The notes beneath the pieces were generated by a model, which saw nothing but the letters and a program-made list of their open reading frames with translations, was not told the origin of the DNA and ran no database searches. Shown here piece by piece: positions 1-9,785 of a stretch of 64,000 bases of DNA (position 1 is the first letter of the stretch; each line of letters begins with the position of its first letter). Both the position numbers and the translations under genes were made by a program. The DNA is from a virus: positions 1-64,000 of the IMG/VR virus record IMGVR_UViG_3300017987_000063. One strand, 5' to 3'.

Positions 1-2690
1 ACGTCCTTGCTGTTATGGACAAATACGCCGGAACACAAGGCAAAATTATTCCATTTGTCTACTTCAAGATCATAAACCTCAACAGGATCGTCAAACTTAA
101 CAGGGATAATGGCTCGCACTTTATGGTTAAAGCCTACTCCCTGTTCAGCCGTAAAAGCATCCCATGATTCAAAACCATGTTCCCGAAGAACTCTTATCAC
201 AACATTCCGACCACACCCTATAATACGCGCCGCCGCGTTTGCATTTGTGGCCTCTGGATCGGTTTTTATACGCTCTAAAGTTGCATAATCAACATCGGAT
301 CGAAAATTAGGGTTTTTTCTGGCGCGGGCCTTAAAATCATCCGGTGTCATGGCGGCCATTGTTTTTCGCACAGCTTTTGCATGTATCTTCCTCCCTCGCT
401 CGCTTAAATTGAAGATTTGCGCCCCGCGTTTAACGGCTTCATGGTAATCAGAATCAATTCGGTGCCGTAAAACTGTATGCGTTCTACAATGTTCTGCGTG
501 CGCTTCTACACTTAAATTCCCCGGTAAATTATTCAGTTTGTCCCCATCTTTATGATGAACACACTCTCCCTGTGTAATAACCTGTCCTGTAATCCCTTGT
601 ATAACCATGTGGTGCGTCAACATTCTATCGCCGTCCTTATCTACCACTCGTTCATAACCTCCATTAACCGGCCACTGCCTTTTTATGGGCATTAACCTAT
701 CTATGCCTGGCCGCAAATCCTTAGCCGGTTTATACGAACCATCCCGAAGCATCCACAAATGTTCTGCGGTACACCTCTCCACCGCCCCTGAATCCAGCAC
801 AACATCCACCAAGTAGGTTACTTTTTTGGTTACGCGGCCTCTTGCCTTACCGGGGACGATTCTACCATCAGAAGTCGCCGAATATACCCACACATCTTTA
901 TTATTTAACTCCTTAATCATCGGTGTTGTGCCATCCAATAGTGGAATACGGGTATCTCCAACAAAGCATCCCCGCGTAGGGTGGTCGGGCTTGCCTTTAA
1001 CCTTAATCCACTCAAGCTGCCGAAGCTCTGTTACCACAGGGTCATATCGGTATGCCTGAATTCTGCCATCGTAAAAGGCGGACTTGAGCGGGTTATAGCC
1101 TTCCGCCGTGTCCACGCTCAAGAGCAGGGTCTCATAACCGTGCCTGCGGTAAATCTGCAGCGTTTCCGGCCCCGCAAACCTGTCCATACTCACCACCCGC
1201 ACTGGAAAGCCCATAGCCTCAAGGTCATAAACCAACTGGCGCACCGCCCTGTACTCAATCTCCCCCCGGTGCGGGGGCATTATCCGCAGCATAAAGTCAA
1301 TCCAGAACACCGGCAGCCGCTCAAGCTGCTTCACGCCCTCGTCGTCCTCGCGGATTAAATCTTCAAGATCACAAATACAGCCCATACATATCCCGGTCGC
1401 GTCACCTGTGAGAGACGGGTCTATGTGTACCCAGCGTGGGGCTTCGGGATAATCGAGCGGGACTTTTTTGCCTTTTACATCCTCGCATAGCTCCTCGACA
1501 ATAAACTCCGCGCCATCCTGCAGGGTGGTCTCAATCATGGTAAAAGGATGCGGCCTTGTTGCCGGAAAAGCCCGCATAACGCGATTCCACTGGACGAAAT
1601 ACGGGTTAATGCTCAAGGTCGCCACGCCCGCAAGCTCGCGCAGGGCATAATCAATATCCCGCACAAAGTCCTCTTGGAACTCCACCGGCACCTCCACCAG
1701 CTTTTCGCCCTCCTGTATTTCATCCCCCTGTCCAAGAATATGGGAAGGCCGGTACATATCCCCCACCACCACATAAAACTTTTTCCCGCAGAACCGCTCC
1801 TTCGGCTGTGGCCCCCATGTAGGATAATCGCGGACGAAAAACATGGGATCGCCTTTGCTCTCGTCCACGAGCCTTTCCATAAAGGTATCGGGGTGGGTCT
1901 TGGACGATATCAGCATAATTTTACCGGGGAGCCTGCCCATCCGCTGATAGCGGGACTTCATCCTGGTCAAAATTGTCCGGTACATGGTCTCGGCGAAATC
2001 GTATTTTTTACCCTTCCGGCTGGGGTCGGCGGCCTTGCTTTTTTCCACCACCTGCATAAAGTTGGTCTCGTCCATCGCCGCGCCAATAACGTGCATTCCA
2101 AGCATCGAGGTATCCGTGCTGGCCGCAGGGGAAATCCATATATCCTTCGGGAACCTTAGCTCTGTAACCACATGCGGGTCATAAGGTAACTGCTCCCTGA
2201 AAAATGGGCTACGGGACACCTTGTCCCGGATGCCTTTGAAAATAACCTTCCGCGCCTGAAACTCACTTACGGAAATATTCATAAGGGCTATCGTATCGCC
2301 GGACATCAGGCCGAGGGAACTCTGCGGGTTATGATAACAGCCGCATTCATAAGCCATCCGCGCTATCCCGAACTCGGCTATTGTACTTTTCCCCCATCCA
2401 ACGCCTCCGGTAAATACCCCGACGTTGTAATCTCCCTCGAAAAACTCCACGAGGTCATCCACAATCTGCGGCCAAAGCTCGCGCCCCGTCTCCCCCATGT
2501 AATCAGGGTGCCTCAGCCACGTCTCCATATCCACCGGCTTCCACTCGTATTGAAGTTCCTGCAAAAGCTCCAGAAGCTCCCCGCCGAATCCCGGCTCATC
2601 TTCCAATAAAAGCATAACTGCCTCAAGCTCGTCGGGGCTTAAAGCTCCAAGCTCGGCTTTTACTATATCCAGTCTGGCCAGCGAACTCAT
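1..2690 (-). CDS. terL: Terminase large subunit, intein-containing (3' end runs off window)
   Basis: Hand translation from ATG at 2690 (not in ORF track): Walker A GVFTGGVGWGKST, Walker B IGAAMDE, nuclease motifs WVHIDPSLTGD and DHPTRG/SKDV. Confidence 0.88.
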   Translation of the reverse strand, partial: MSSLARLDIVKAELGALSPDELEAVMLLLEDEPGFGGELLELLQELQYEWKPVDMETWLRHPDYMGETGRELWPQIVDDLVEFFEGDYNVGVFTGGVGWGKSTIAEFGIARMAYECGCYHNPQSSLGLMSGDTIALMNISVSEFQARKVIFKGIRDKVSRSPFFREQLPYDPHVVTELRFPKDIWISPAASTDTSMLGMHVIGAAMDETNFMQVVEKSKAADPSRKGKKYDFAETMYRTILTRMKSRYQRMGRLPGKIMLISSKTHPDTFMERLVDESKGDPMFFVRDYPTWGPQPKERFCGKKFYVVVGDMYRPSHILGQGDEIQEGEKLVEVPVEFQEDFVRDIDYALRELAGVATLSINPYFVQWNRVMRAFPATRPHPFTMIETTLQDGAEFIVEELCEDVKGKKVPLDYPEAPRWVHIDPSLTGDATGICMGCICDLEDLIREDDEGVKQLERLPVFWIDFMLRIMPPHRGEIEYRAVRQLVYDLEAMGFPVRVVSMDRFAGPETLQIYRRHGYETLLLSVDTAEGYNPLKSAFYDGRIQAYRYDPVVTELRQLEWIKVKGKPDHPTRGCFVGDTRIPLLDGTTPMIKELNNKDVWVYSATSDGRIVPGKARGRVTKKVTYLVDVVLDSGAVERCTAEHLWMLRDGSYKPAKDLRPGIDRLMPIKRQWPVNGGYERVVDKDGDRMLTHHMVIQGITGQVITQGECVHHKDGDKLNNLPGNLSVEAHAEHCRTHTVLRHRIDSDYHEAVKRGAQIFNLSERGRKIHAKAVRKTMAAMTPDDFKARARKNPNFRSDVDYATLERIKTDPEATNANAAARIIGCGRNVVIRVLREHGFESWDAFTAEQGVGFNHKVRAIIPVKFDDPVEVYDLEVDKWNNFALCSGVFVHNSKD
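12..968 (-). mobile_element. Intein (319 aa) with HNH endonuclease in TerL
   Basis: Starts CFVGDTRI, block B CTAEH, HNH-like VHHKDGDKLNN, ends VYDLEV...GVFVHN followed by Ser. Confidence 0.9.
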
Positions 2691-2693
2691 GTC

Positions 2694-2957
2694 TTAAAAA
2701 TCCTTTATACCCCCCTGCCTAGTCAGCATGGCAATATAATTTTTCTTGTAAACCTTGAAAGGCGTTCTCAAACCCACAGGAATATCGCAAGTCGCCGCAA
2801 AATAGGCCACACAATACCGGTATTCAATACAGGTAAAGCAGGGGTCGGGCACCATATCTATAAGCTCCCTTCCCGTTTTACGGCATGGAAATATAAATCG
2901 CAAATCCTGTTCCCACTTACTCCGCAGATACTTATAAGGCCGCGCACCGGGGAACAT
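2694..2957 (-). CDS. Hypothetical protein
   Basis: Fills the gap between MTase and terL on the coding strand. Confidence 0.5.
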   Translation of the reverse strand: MFPGARPYKYLRSKWEQDLRFIFPCRKTGRELIDMVPDPCFTCIEYRYCVAYFAATCDIPVGLRTPFKVYKKNYIAMLTRQGGIKDF

Positions 2958-2966
2958 GACAGGCTC

Positions 2967-4265
2967 CTACCAGCCAAATTCAAGGATAAGCTGGTCATCC
3001 TTGACCACCTCCGCATGTCGTCCGAGCGTTTCACGAATAAAATCGCCTTCAATTCTACTTTTGGCGGCTTTACAGTCCAGCGGGTTAAGCTCTATGCCCA
3101 CATAAGCCCTGTCCAGCCTTCTGGCCATCAGTCCCGTGGTGCCGTGCCCGAAAAAAGGGTCTAACACGACCGGCTTGGCAACTTCCGCATTACAGGAGCA
3201 GGCCGGTTCCCAGCCCAGCGTCCTGTAAGCCGACTGCTTGTCCTCTGGCTTCCGGTGATCCAGCCCATACCTCTTTCGAGCGGTTCGGGTATCAACCTCC
3301 AGCCCGCGCTCCTCCGCGTCTACCCTCCAATCTTTATCGTTTATCCCGCCGTTCCCCCCATTTATCCGCTCCACTTTTCGGACGTATTGCGCTCCGCAAG
3401 CCGAGCAACAGCCCCGCGCCGAGGTACTGGCCTTAATGCAAATCTCCGGCAAGGCCGGTGGAAATGTCGCATAATGCGCTCCCCCATACGGCACGGTATT
3501 GATAACCCACACGCTCCGTCTATTCCTGCCCGCCGCATCCGGCCTCATGTTTCTTCCCGGTCTGGTAATCGTGGCCGCCTTAGCAAGCTCCACCAATGCG
3601 GCCTTATTCTGTGGGTCGTCTTTTATCGCGTCCCCACCCCACCGATTCAGCGGGTTGGTATAAGGCTCTTTAACGGCATGGTGGTCATAATAATATCGGC
3701 CTTGCCGGGTAAGCATGTAAAGATACTCATGCGCCGAAGATGGCCTGTCCAAGACATTTTCCGGCATGGCGTTCTCCTTGTACCAGATAACGTCCCGCCG
3801 CACAATCCAGCCATCGGCTTGAAGGGCAAGCACCAGCCGCGCCGGTATTAAGGCCATATTTTTATAGGGCAGGTCAACTTTAGACCAGTCTGTTGGGGCA
3901 ATATCCTCATCGGTATAAACCGCCTTGCCGTGAATGCCGTCCTTACAGCCCAACCCCTTTCCGCTGCCAATGTAACTGTCCGCGATGTTAAGCCAGAGCG
4001 TCCCATCCTGTCTCAGCACCCTGCCGACCTCCCGCATTACCCGCACCAGATGGGAAACGTAAAGGTCGGGGGTAGGCTCCCTGCCAAGCTCGCCCACCCA
4101 ATCCCCCCAATCATAAGGCTCCGTCTTGTAATTGCGTAGCCCCCAATAAGGCGGGCTTGTAATGCAGGCATGGACAGAGTTACCGGGTATCACCGGCAAC
4201 ACGTCCAGCGCATTTCCCTGATAAATCACGCCCGCAGGGGCCTGTAAAGTCTGTGGGCCTGTCAT
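2967..4265 (-). CDS. DNA N4-C/N6-A methyltransferase (beta class)
   Basis: ITSPPYW catalytic motif, HYATFP, VLDPFFGHGTT SAM-binding motif. Confidence 0.92.
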   Translation of the reverse strand: MTGPQTLQAPAGVIYQGNALDVLPVIPGNSVHACITSPPYWGLRNYKTEPYDWGDWVGELGREPTPDLYVSHLVRVMREVGRVLRQDGTLWLNIADSYIGSGKGLGCKDGIHGKAVYTDEDIAPTDWSKVDLPYKNMALIPARLVLALQADGWIVRRDVIWYKENAMPENVLDRPSSAHEYLYMLTRQGRYYYDHHAVKEPYTNPLNRWGGDAIKDDPQNKAALVELAKAATITRPGRNMRPDAAGRNRRSVWVINTVPYGGAHYATFPPALPEICIKASTSARGCCSACGAQYVRKVERINGGNGGINDKDWRVDAEERGLEVDTRTARKRYGLDHRKPEDKQSAYRTLGWEPACSCNAEVAKPVVLDPFFGHGTTGLMARRLDRAYVGIELNPLDCKAAKSRIEGDFIRETLGRHAEVVKDDQLILEFGW

Positions 4266-4459
4266 TTCTCTTCCGGATCATCCACTACGTGCCAATTGGC
4301 CACCGTTGACGCCTTTCGCCATACTATCTCCTTTGTACGGACGTTAAACAAGACAACCGCATCCCCGCGCTCGCCCGCCACATAAGCCTTTACGATAAAC
4401 AGGTCTGCCTCCTCATCGTTTATCGCCCTCAGCCGCAATCCCGGCTTCACGAAGCCCAT
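4262..4459 (-). CDS. Hypothetical protein
   Basis: Stop/start overlap with MTase, RBS upstream. Confidence 0.55.
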   Translation of the reverse strand: MGFVKPGLRLRAINDEEADLFIVKAYVAGERGDAVVLFNVRTKEIVWRKASTVANWHVVDDPEEK

Positions 4460-4685
4460 CGGTATTACCCTCCTTCTCCCCTATCGGGTAAACTACCTTT
4501 TCATAAGCCTCAATCGCCGTTGATAACTTACAGAGTATCTTCCCCTCAACTGAATCCATGAGCGGGTCTCGCGCTATAAGCTCATTGGCCACCTTTAACA
4601 CCGCGTCATAAAGGGCATCGCCCGCAATCGCTTGCGCCGAAGCGTCCAGCAGCAGGCTCGCGCCCAGCGTACCGTGTTTTTTCAT
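4413..4685 (-). CDS. Hypothetical protein
   Basis: Coding strand, G-rich RBS. Confidence 0.5.
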   Translation of the reverse strand: MKKHGTLGASLLLDASAQAIAGDALYDAVLKVANELIARDPLMDSVEGKILCKLSTAIEAYEKVVYPIGEKEGNTDGLREAGIAAEGDKR

Positions 4686-4697
4686 CCTCTGCCCCCC

Positions 4698-5684
4698 TCA
4701 GCCCCCCCGCGCTCCGTCATCCCGCGCCTCTTTTCGGGCGGCTATCTCCCGCAACTTATCCTTTGACACCTTAAATTTACGCTTTTCCGGCTCCCTTTTC
4801 TCGACTTTTTCGACATCATCGCAAACATTCTCGTTATTTTTCAATGACTTAGCCCCATTTGTCGAATCCGAAGCTGGTTTTGTCGGGCCAGCCAGAGGGA
4901 TCAGCCCGCGCACCGCGTTCAGTATTTTCATTCGGGACTTTTCGTCCCGAAGGGCGCGACCAATAGCGGGATGTTTCTCAGATACCCCCCTTAACCTTTC
5001 CGAAATATCTATCTGTGCAACACCCGCCACCCTTACATCATGTCTTGAAGGCATGCGGTCGTACAGTCCAAGCTCCATCTTGAGTTGTAGTAGCCTAGTC
5101 AGTATGCTCTCGGCTCGCTGCATCTCCATTGCCATGCCCGGTATCAGCTTGGTAATCGTCTTCTCATTACCGTACTCCATGAGGATGCGTTCCATCTGTA
5201 GCTCGTAAAGCCGCTCCAGCTTCTCAAGCTCGGCTATGCCCGTATCCAGTGCCTCAAGCTTCTCCCCTATTACTGCAGGGGGAGCCATGCCTATTGACCC
5301 ACCCCCTACCGGTATGGCCGCCCCTTTATCCCCATCGGTAATCTCTTCTGGTATACCCCCCTCCCCTGTCCCCCTATCCTCTGACTCCGATCCCCCTACC
5401 CCTGTGGGAGGATGGGTAACCTTTACCCCGCTATCATCCTCCCTGCGCTTTATAATAGCCTGTGGGCCTAGCTTAAAATGGCTTGGCGGTATGCCATCCC
5501 TTAGCCTATAGAGCGCACGCTCCAACGCCCCCCTGTCCATGTCAACCGCCTCATGGAACTCAGTGTGTATCCGCGCAGCCACACGGGGTATGCTGAACCC
5601 CATGACCAACATCTCATAGACCTGCGGATAACATTGTAGCTTCCTCAGCTTACTATGCTGTCCCTTTTTAAATAAAGGCTTCAT
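4698..5684 (-). CDS. Helical phage protein, possible terminase small subunit
   Basis: Likely start MKPLFKKG; N-terminal HTH-like segment plus coiled coil; lies upstream of terL. Function inferred from position only. Confidence 0.35.
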   Translation of the reverse strand: MKPLFKKGQHSKLRKLQCYPQVYEMLVMGFSIPRVAARIHTEFHEAVDMDRGALERALYRLRDGIPPSHFKLGPQAIIKRREDDSGVKVTHPPTGVGGSESEDRGTGEGGIPEEITDGDKGAAIPVGGGSIGMAPPAVIGEKLEALDTGIAELEKLERLYELQMERILMEYGNEKTITKLIPGMAMEMQRAESILTRLLQLKMELGLYDRMPSRHDVRVAGVAQIDISERLRGVSEKHPAIGRALRDEKSRMKILNAVRGLIPLAGPTKPASDSTNGAKSLKNNENVCDDVEKVEKREPEKRKFKVSKDKLREIAARKEARDDGARGG

Positions 5685-6620
5685 CCTGTGCTTCCCTAAG
5701 TAACCGCGCCACCTCGGGTATGCTCTTAGTAAAGAACTCCGGCCCGACCAGTGTAATACACCTGCCCTTATCGTCAAATATCTGTATATCGTCCCCCTGC
5801 ATCTCCTCGCAATCATAATTCTCCAGCACCCACGCCAGTGTGGGGCTTGGAAGGCTATCATGGATTATCGGCCTCCCCACCGCATCCCGCAGACTCAGAC
5901 TACTGCCCATCCTGTTTATCTCCTGTCTGGTGTATCAGCACCCACGGAGGCACGAGCAGAGGCTTACCTTTTACCGCCTTGTTATAACGGTTCGCTGTCA
6001 CATGCACCACGAAGATGCGCCTCCACGTCGGCCTCTTGTCCTTCGGCATTTTAGCCAAGTGCGCCAAGTCCGACCGCAGATTCTTACTGTAGATTTCCAC
6101 ATACTCCGGCTTGACTATCCGGTGCTTCAGTAAAAATGCCTTAACTCTCGCCACGATCCAACGCATTGATCCTCTCCTGTAGCTCGTCCCTTATCTGTTC
6201 AAAGCCCACTGTTTTTAAAACCCTGTAGGAGATAACCCCTATTTCCCTGCCTTTGTCATCATAAACCCTGAAATATAGATTTTTGCCGCCGAATACTCCA
6301 TATTGCTCCTCCCAAAAAGGCTCACAATCAAACTCCAGCAGCAGCATGTCCACATCAGGCGAGTCCGGCCTGCGCCGCTCCGTCGCGCTCGGCTCACGCG
6401 GCTCCGGTGGTATGCCGGTAAGCTCCCGCAACATGTCCCGCGCTTCGGGGATGCGTATGGCTCCCATATTCATCAAATCCCTGATTTTATTGATATTTTC
6501 CTTAATATCGGGGGAAGGAATAATGTCGGACAGGCGGGAGCGAGCAAACGAATTTACCCACGAAGGCCCTTTTTTATCTACATTCGCCTTCATATCGCCT
6601 ATTTTAACACTTTTTCCCAT
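5668..6620 (-). CDS. Three short overlapping hypothetical genes (5668-5910, 5900-6166, 6141-6620)
   Basis: Tightly packed ORFs on the coding strand. Confidence 0.55.
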
Positions 6621-6657
6621 TTAATGCTCCTGCGACCTGACTACTCCTGACATCCCG

Positions 6658-6671
6658 CGCAAGTGATTGCG
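6658..6671. repeat. 14-bp dispersed site CGCAA-TCAC-TTGCG (first of 9 exact copies)
   Basis: Exact copies at 6658(rev), 10709, 17366, 26452, 37857, 44192(rev), 49391, 54299, 60461; 1-mismatch copy at 4623. Confidence 0.9.
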
Positions 6672-6881
6672 TTCATTTATCCGTCTTGTTTAACGCCCAT
6701 TGATATATCTGCCACCACATGCTCCGGTGGATCAGGCACCTCCATCTCCACCTCAATCCCCTCGTGGCATATTGAGGCTTTTGCCTTTGTAAACCTTTTA
6801 AAAGCCTCAAGAGCCACGTCTTTAGGTATCCATGTCCTCCCATAAGGAAACCACGCGCCCTCCTCGCCTTTTTCGTTCCGC

Positions 6882-7202
6882 TCAAACCGTAACACCAATG
6901 CTTTTATTATCATTTTTCCTTCCTTTATATCCACAACCCTGCTCTCGCGGGGCACCATACGGATACAGTGAACAGGTCTTGGGACGCTTATCATAAATCA
7001 GGCACGCGGCCTTTTTCTTGCCGTTTGGCGGCCTGTAATGTTTACAAGTCGCTCGATAGTGCTTGCCTTCAGGATGAACCTCGCCTGTCCACACCATAAT
7101 CTCTAACAGGTCTTGCGCCCCTATTTTTCTGGCCTCTTTTTCGGTAACAGGCAGCCAAATATTCTCGCAGCACTTCCCGCATCTTTTACACGCTCTCGGC
7201 AT
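6882..7202 (-). CDS. YkgJ-like CxxCxxCC cysteine-cluster protein
   Basis: CKRCGKCC ... CLIYDKRPKTCSLYP. Confidence 0.75.
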   Translation of the reverse strand: MPRACKRCGKCCENIWLPVTEKEARKIGAQDLLEIMVWTGEVHPEGKHYRATCKHYRPPNGKKKAACLIYDKRPKTCSLYPYGAPREQGCGYKGRKNDNKSIGVTV

Positions 7203-7383
7203 TTTTACTCCCGTAAGCCCGCACCTGCCTACGCAGTTCGCTTAACAGGCTGTCAATCCCATCCCGGTGCGCCTTGTCCAGTATCGGGTCGTCCAGCGGC
7301 TTTTCCTCCGCAAGCTGTCTGGCCTTCTCCAGCCGCTTAATCTGCTCCTGCGTTATCTTTAGTTGGAGGTCGTTCTCAATCAT
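7186..7383 (-). CDS. Small helical hypothetical protein
   Basis: ORF coupled to its neighbours. Confidence 0.55.
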   Translation of the reverse strand: MIENDLQLKITQEQIKRLEKARQLAEEKPLDDPILDKAHRDGIDSLLSELRRQVRAYGSKNAESV

Positions 7384-7871
7384 AGCCTCACCTTCGTCTT
7401 TATTGGAGTACCTGTATGCCCGCGCAGGCTTCCATACTCAGGCACACCTCCTGTCCTTAATGCCTCCAGCAGCTTCTTGCCTATATTTTCCTGCCCCCTC
7501 CTGTCTACACCCGACAAGCCACCTTTTGTCTCCCGAAAAAACTTAAATTGAGTGGTCTCCAGTAAAAACTTGGTGGCTTTGGTTATCTCTTTAATACTCG
7601 TATTTTCCTCCATCGCCGAAAGCCATTGTAACGTCTCGTGCAGGGAAGCGTTTAAAAAATCGTACCACGTAACCCGTAAAAAGACAGTCTCGACATCCCC
7701 ACTAAATTCCAGCTTGAGCATAATAACAAAGTCATACTCCCCCTCCTCCACTACGTCGAGCCTCTCGTAAAGCATGGCTTTTCTGTCGTTTTTCCAGTTT
7801 GCGCCCGGTTCGGCCACCTTTCCTTTAACCAAGAAGGCCGGATTCACTTTAACCTCCATCGGCCACCTCAA
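7380..7871 (-). CDS. Hypothetical protein
   Basis: Coupled ORF; likely start MEVKVNP. Confidence 0.55.
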   Translation of the reverse strand: MRWPMEVKVNPAFLVKGKVAEPGANWKNDRKAMLYERLDVVEEGEYDFVIMLKLEFSGDVETVFLRVTWYDFLNASLHETLQWLSAMEENTSIKEITKATKFLLETTQFKFFRETKGGLSGVDRRGQENIGKKLLEALRTGGVPEYGSLRGHTGTPIKTKVRL

Positions 7872-8340
7872 GCTCGCCCATAAGCATTTTCAGCAGCACC
7901 TCATCGGTTATCCTGCGCACCTTCAGTTTTTTACGAAGGCAGTAATAATCGGGGCACTGGTAGCGAACATCTATAACTTCCAGCCTTACCTTCAAGCCCC
8001 CGACCTTTTTACCGGCTAAGTCCCACAGGCTATGGGGCATCATGTCAATCACGCGCCCATCGGCATACGGCCCCCTGTCAAATATCACCACCGCCGTACC
8101 TTCGCCGTACCTGTCGCTGCGCCTGTCATCGTTTATCACCCGCACGATGGTGCCGTAAGGCAGCGTCTTGTGCGCCGCGATGGGGTCGTCCGCATGTACC
8201 ATAATCCCCGAACCGCCGAACCGCTTGCCGCTCCAGCCGAATCCGTAGTGGGTAGCTATTCCGGTCATGGAATGAGCCATTATCAGGCCGCAAAATATGA
8301 AGGTAATCAGGTTCATAAGCCCCTCCCGCTTATAGCCCAC
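7849..8340 (-). CDS. RlpA-like double-psi beta-barrel lytic transglycosylase with signal peptide
   Basis: AAHKTLPYGTIVRV, DRGPY, GRVIDM; hydrophobic N-terminus. Confidence 0.85.
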   Translation of the reverse strand: MGYKREGLMNLITFIFCGLIMAHSMTGIATHYGFGWSGKRFGGSGIMVHADDPIAAHKTLPYGTIVRVINDDRRSDRYGEGTAVVIFDRGPYADGRVIDMMPHSLWDLAGKKVGGLKVRLEVIDVRYQCPDYYCLRKKLKVRRITDEVLLKMLMGELEVADGG

Positions 8341-8969
8341 GGACTCCAGTGCTGTGCGGGGTCATTATTTTCCACGCTATTATTCATAGCCCGCACCCAT
8401 AAATCTCCACCAAGCCCTCCCACACAAATAAGCTCCCTGCTGTGGGTCTCATAAAGTGGAGACTCAATTTTATCCATCTGAAGGGTCATTTTAATCAACC
8501 TCGTAGAATCGTGGTCAATGTTCATGCTTTTAATCACATAGCCATTTATCGCAGTTGCAACCGCTTCCGGCAGGGATGGAAGGTTAAACATATCCAGAAT
8601 TTCCTTGATAATCTTGGCGTTGGGGTCGTAACCGGGGGCAGGAGGCAGAGCAGCATGGCTCAATGATCTTGCCGAACCGATAAGACTCTTTCGCTTTTCT
8701 CCCCGCTCAACCACCTTTTTTATGGCCTCCCATATCATTCCGGTCGTGTATGGGCCTAACTTGTTTTTATAGGCATCTACCCACTTGATAAAGTACTCTT
8801 CGGAGGCCTGAAACAGAAGCACAGCCTGCATGTATTTGCTCATAATGGTAAAGCCCGCGCCATTATCGATGGCAAATGTTCCCGGCTCCGCGCCTAAAAA
8901 CTCGTCCGCATTCTCCTCGGTAATCTCAATGCAGTCAAGCTGCTCCAGCATATAAGCCAAGCGATCCAT
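8313..8969 (-). CDS. Hypothetical protein
   Basis: 218-aa coupled ORF. Confidence 0.6.
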   Translation of the reverse strand: MDRLAYMLEQLDCIEITEENADEFLGAEPGTFAIDNGAGFTIMSKYMQAVLLFQASEEYFIKWVDAYKNKLGPYTTGMIWEAIKKVVERGEKRKSLIGSARSLSHAALPPAPGYDPNAKIIKEILDMFNLPSLPEAVATAINGYVIKSMNIDHDSTRLIKMTLQMDKIESPLYETHSRELICVGGLGGDLWVRAMNNSVENNDPAQHWSPWAISGRGL

Positions 8970-9577
8970 TACTGATAAATCCAGCCCTTCTCCCGCAGAA
9001 TCTCGTTAATGGATTTGGCCAGTGAGCGTTTTTCGGCTTCCTTCATGTTATAAATCACCGCCAGCCATCGCCCGTACTTCTCGGTCTTATGGCTCCAGAC
9101 GATAACTGTGGAGCCAACTGGAGCGTACTCGTTGACAATCTGGACGCTCTCGTCGAACCGCTCCTTGCCGCGCTCTGGTGTGTTTACGTCCAGCAGCCGG
9201 AACCTGTCGTTTTTCCATATTCCAAATCCCAAGTCCACCGCCAGTTCAACGGTATCGCCGTCAATCCACCGGACAACCTTTGCCTTATAAACATAGGTAT
9301 CCACGCACTCGATTGCGCTCATGGGAACCTCCTCCAGCGGCATTTCAGCCGCCACCGCCACCTGTTTACTGTGGACGTACTTTACCCCGCCCGCTGTAAT
9401 ATATGCGGTCAAGGCGACCAACATCATACATTCAATAAAGGTTAATCTGAACACTCGTTTCCTCCTTTCATTTTGAAATGCCTCGCGGAGCATGCACATT
9501 GGGCAATTTAAAGGGCTTCCATAGTGAAACGACACAAGCCCATTTCGCCACGCCCGCTCATGCTCAGGGCATCTCAC
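8969..9577 (-). CDS. Membrane-anchored thermonuclease (SNase-like)
   Basis: RWIDGDT, RLLDVNTPE, EKYGRWLA after a transmembrane segment. Confidence 0.85.
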   Translation of the reverse strand: MRCPEHERAWRNGLVSFHYGSPLNCPMCMLREAFQNERRKRVFRLTFIECMMLVALTAYITAGGVKYVHSKQVAVAAEMPLEEVPMSAIECVDTYVYKAKVVRWIDGDTVELAVDLGFGIWKNDRFRLLDVNTPERGKERFDESVQIVNEYAPVGSTVIVWSHKTEKYGRWLAVIYNMKEAEKRSLAKSINEILREKGWIYQ

Positions 9578-9729
9578 TTACCACGTCGCTGCCTTCTCTG
9601 GCGACCTGCGCCGCGCCGGTTATTTCTCAGCCAGTCCGCGTCCTCACGGTTGCGGTCTATGTGTGGGATAGTTTCGCGCCGCACGCCTGTCTGTCGCCGT
9701 TTCTTGTCTTCGCTTTTCCGCTCGGTCAT
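9574..9729 (-). CDS. 51-aa Arg-rich peptide with HID-x4-DADWL motif (not in ORF track)
   Basis: MTERKSEDKKRRQTGVRRETIPHIDRNREDADWLRNNRRGAGRQRRQRRGK; AGGAGG RBS, own promoter, GTGA overlap with next gene. Confidence 0.75.
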   Translation of the reverse strand: MTERKSEDKKRRQTGVRRETIPHIDRNREDADWLRNNRRGAGRQRRQRRGK

Positions 9730-9748
9730 ATTTTACCTCCTGACTATT

Positions 9749-9776
9749 ATTATAGCATATAATTTTATAATGTCAA
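9749..9776 (-). promoter_or_regulatory. Strong sigma70-type promoter, repeated family
   Basis: TTGACA-16 bp-TATAAT with TG extension. Related copies at 19953, 21306, 23795, 27580, 34290, 38071, 46202, 48699, 50765, 52527, 53909. Confidence 0.85.
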
Positions 9777-9785
9777 GTCTTTTCT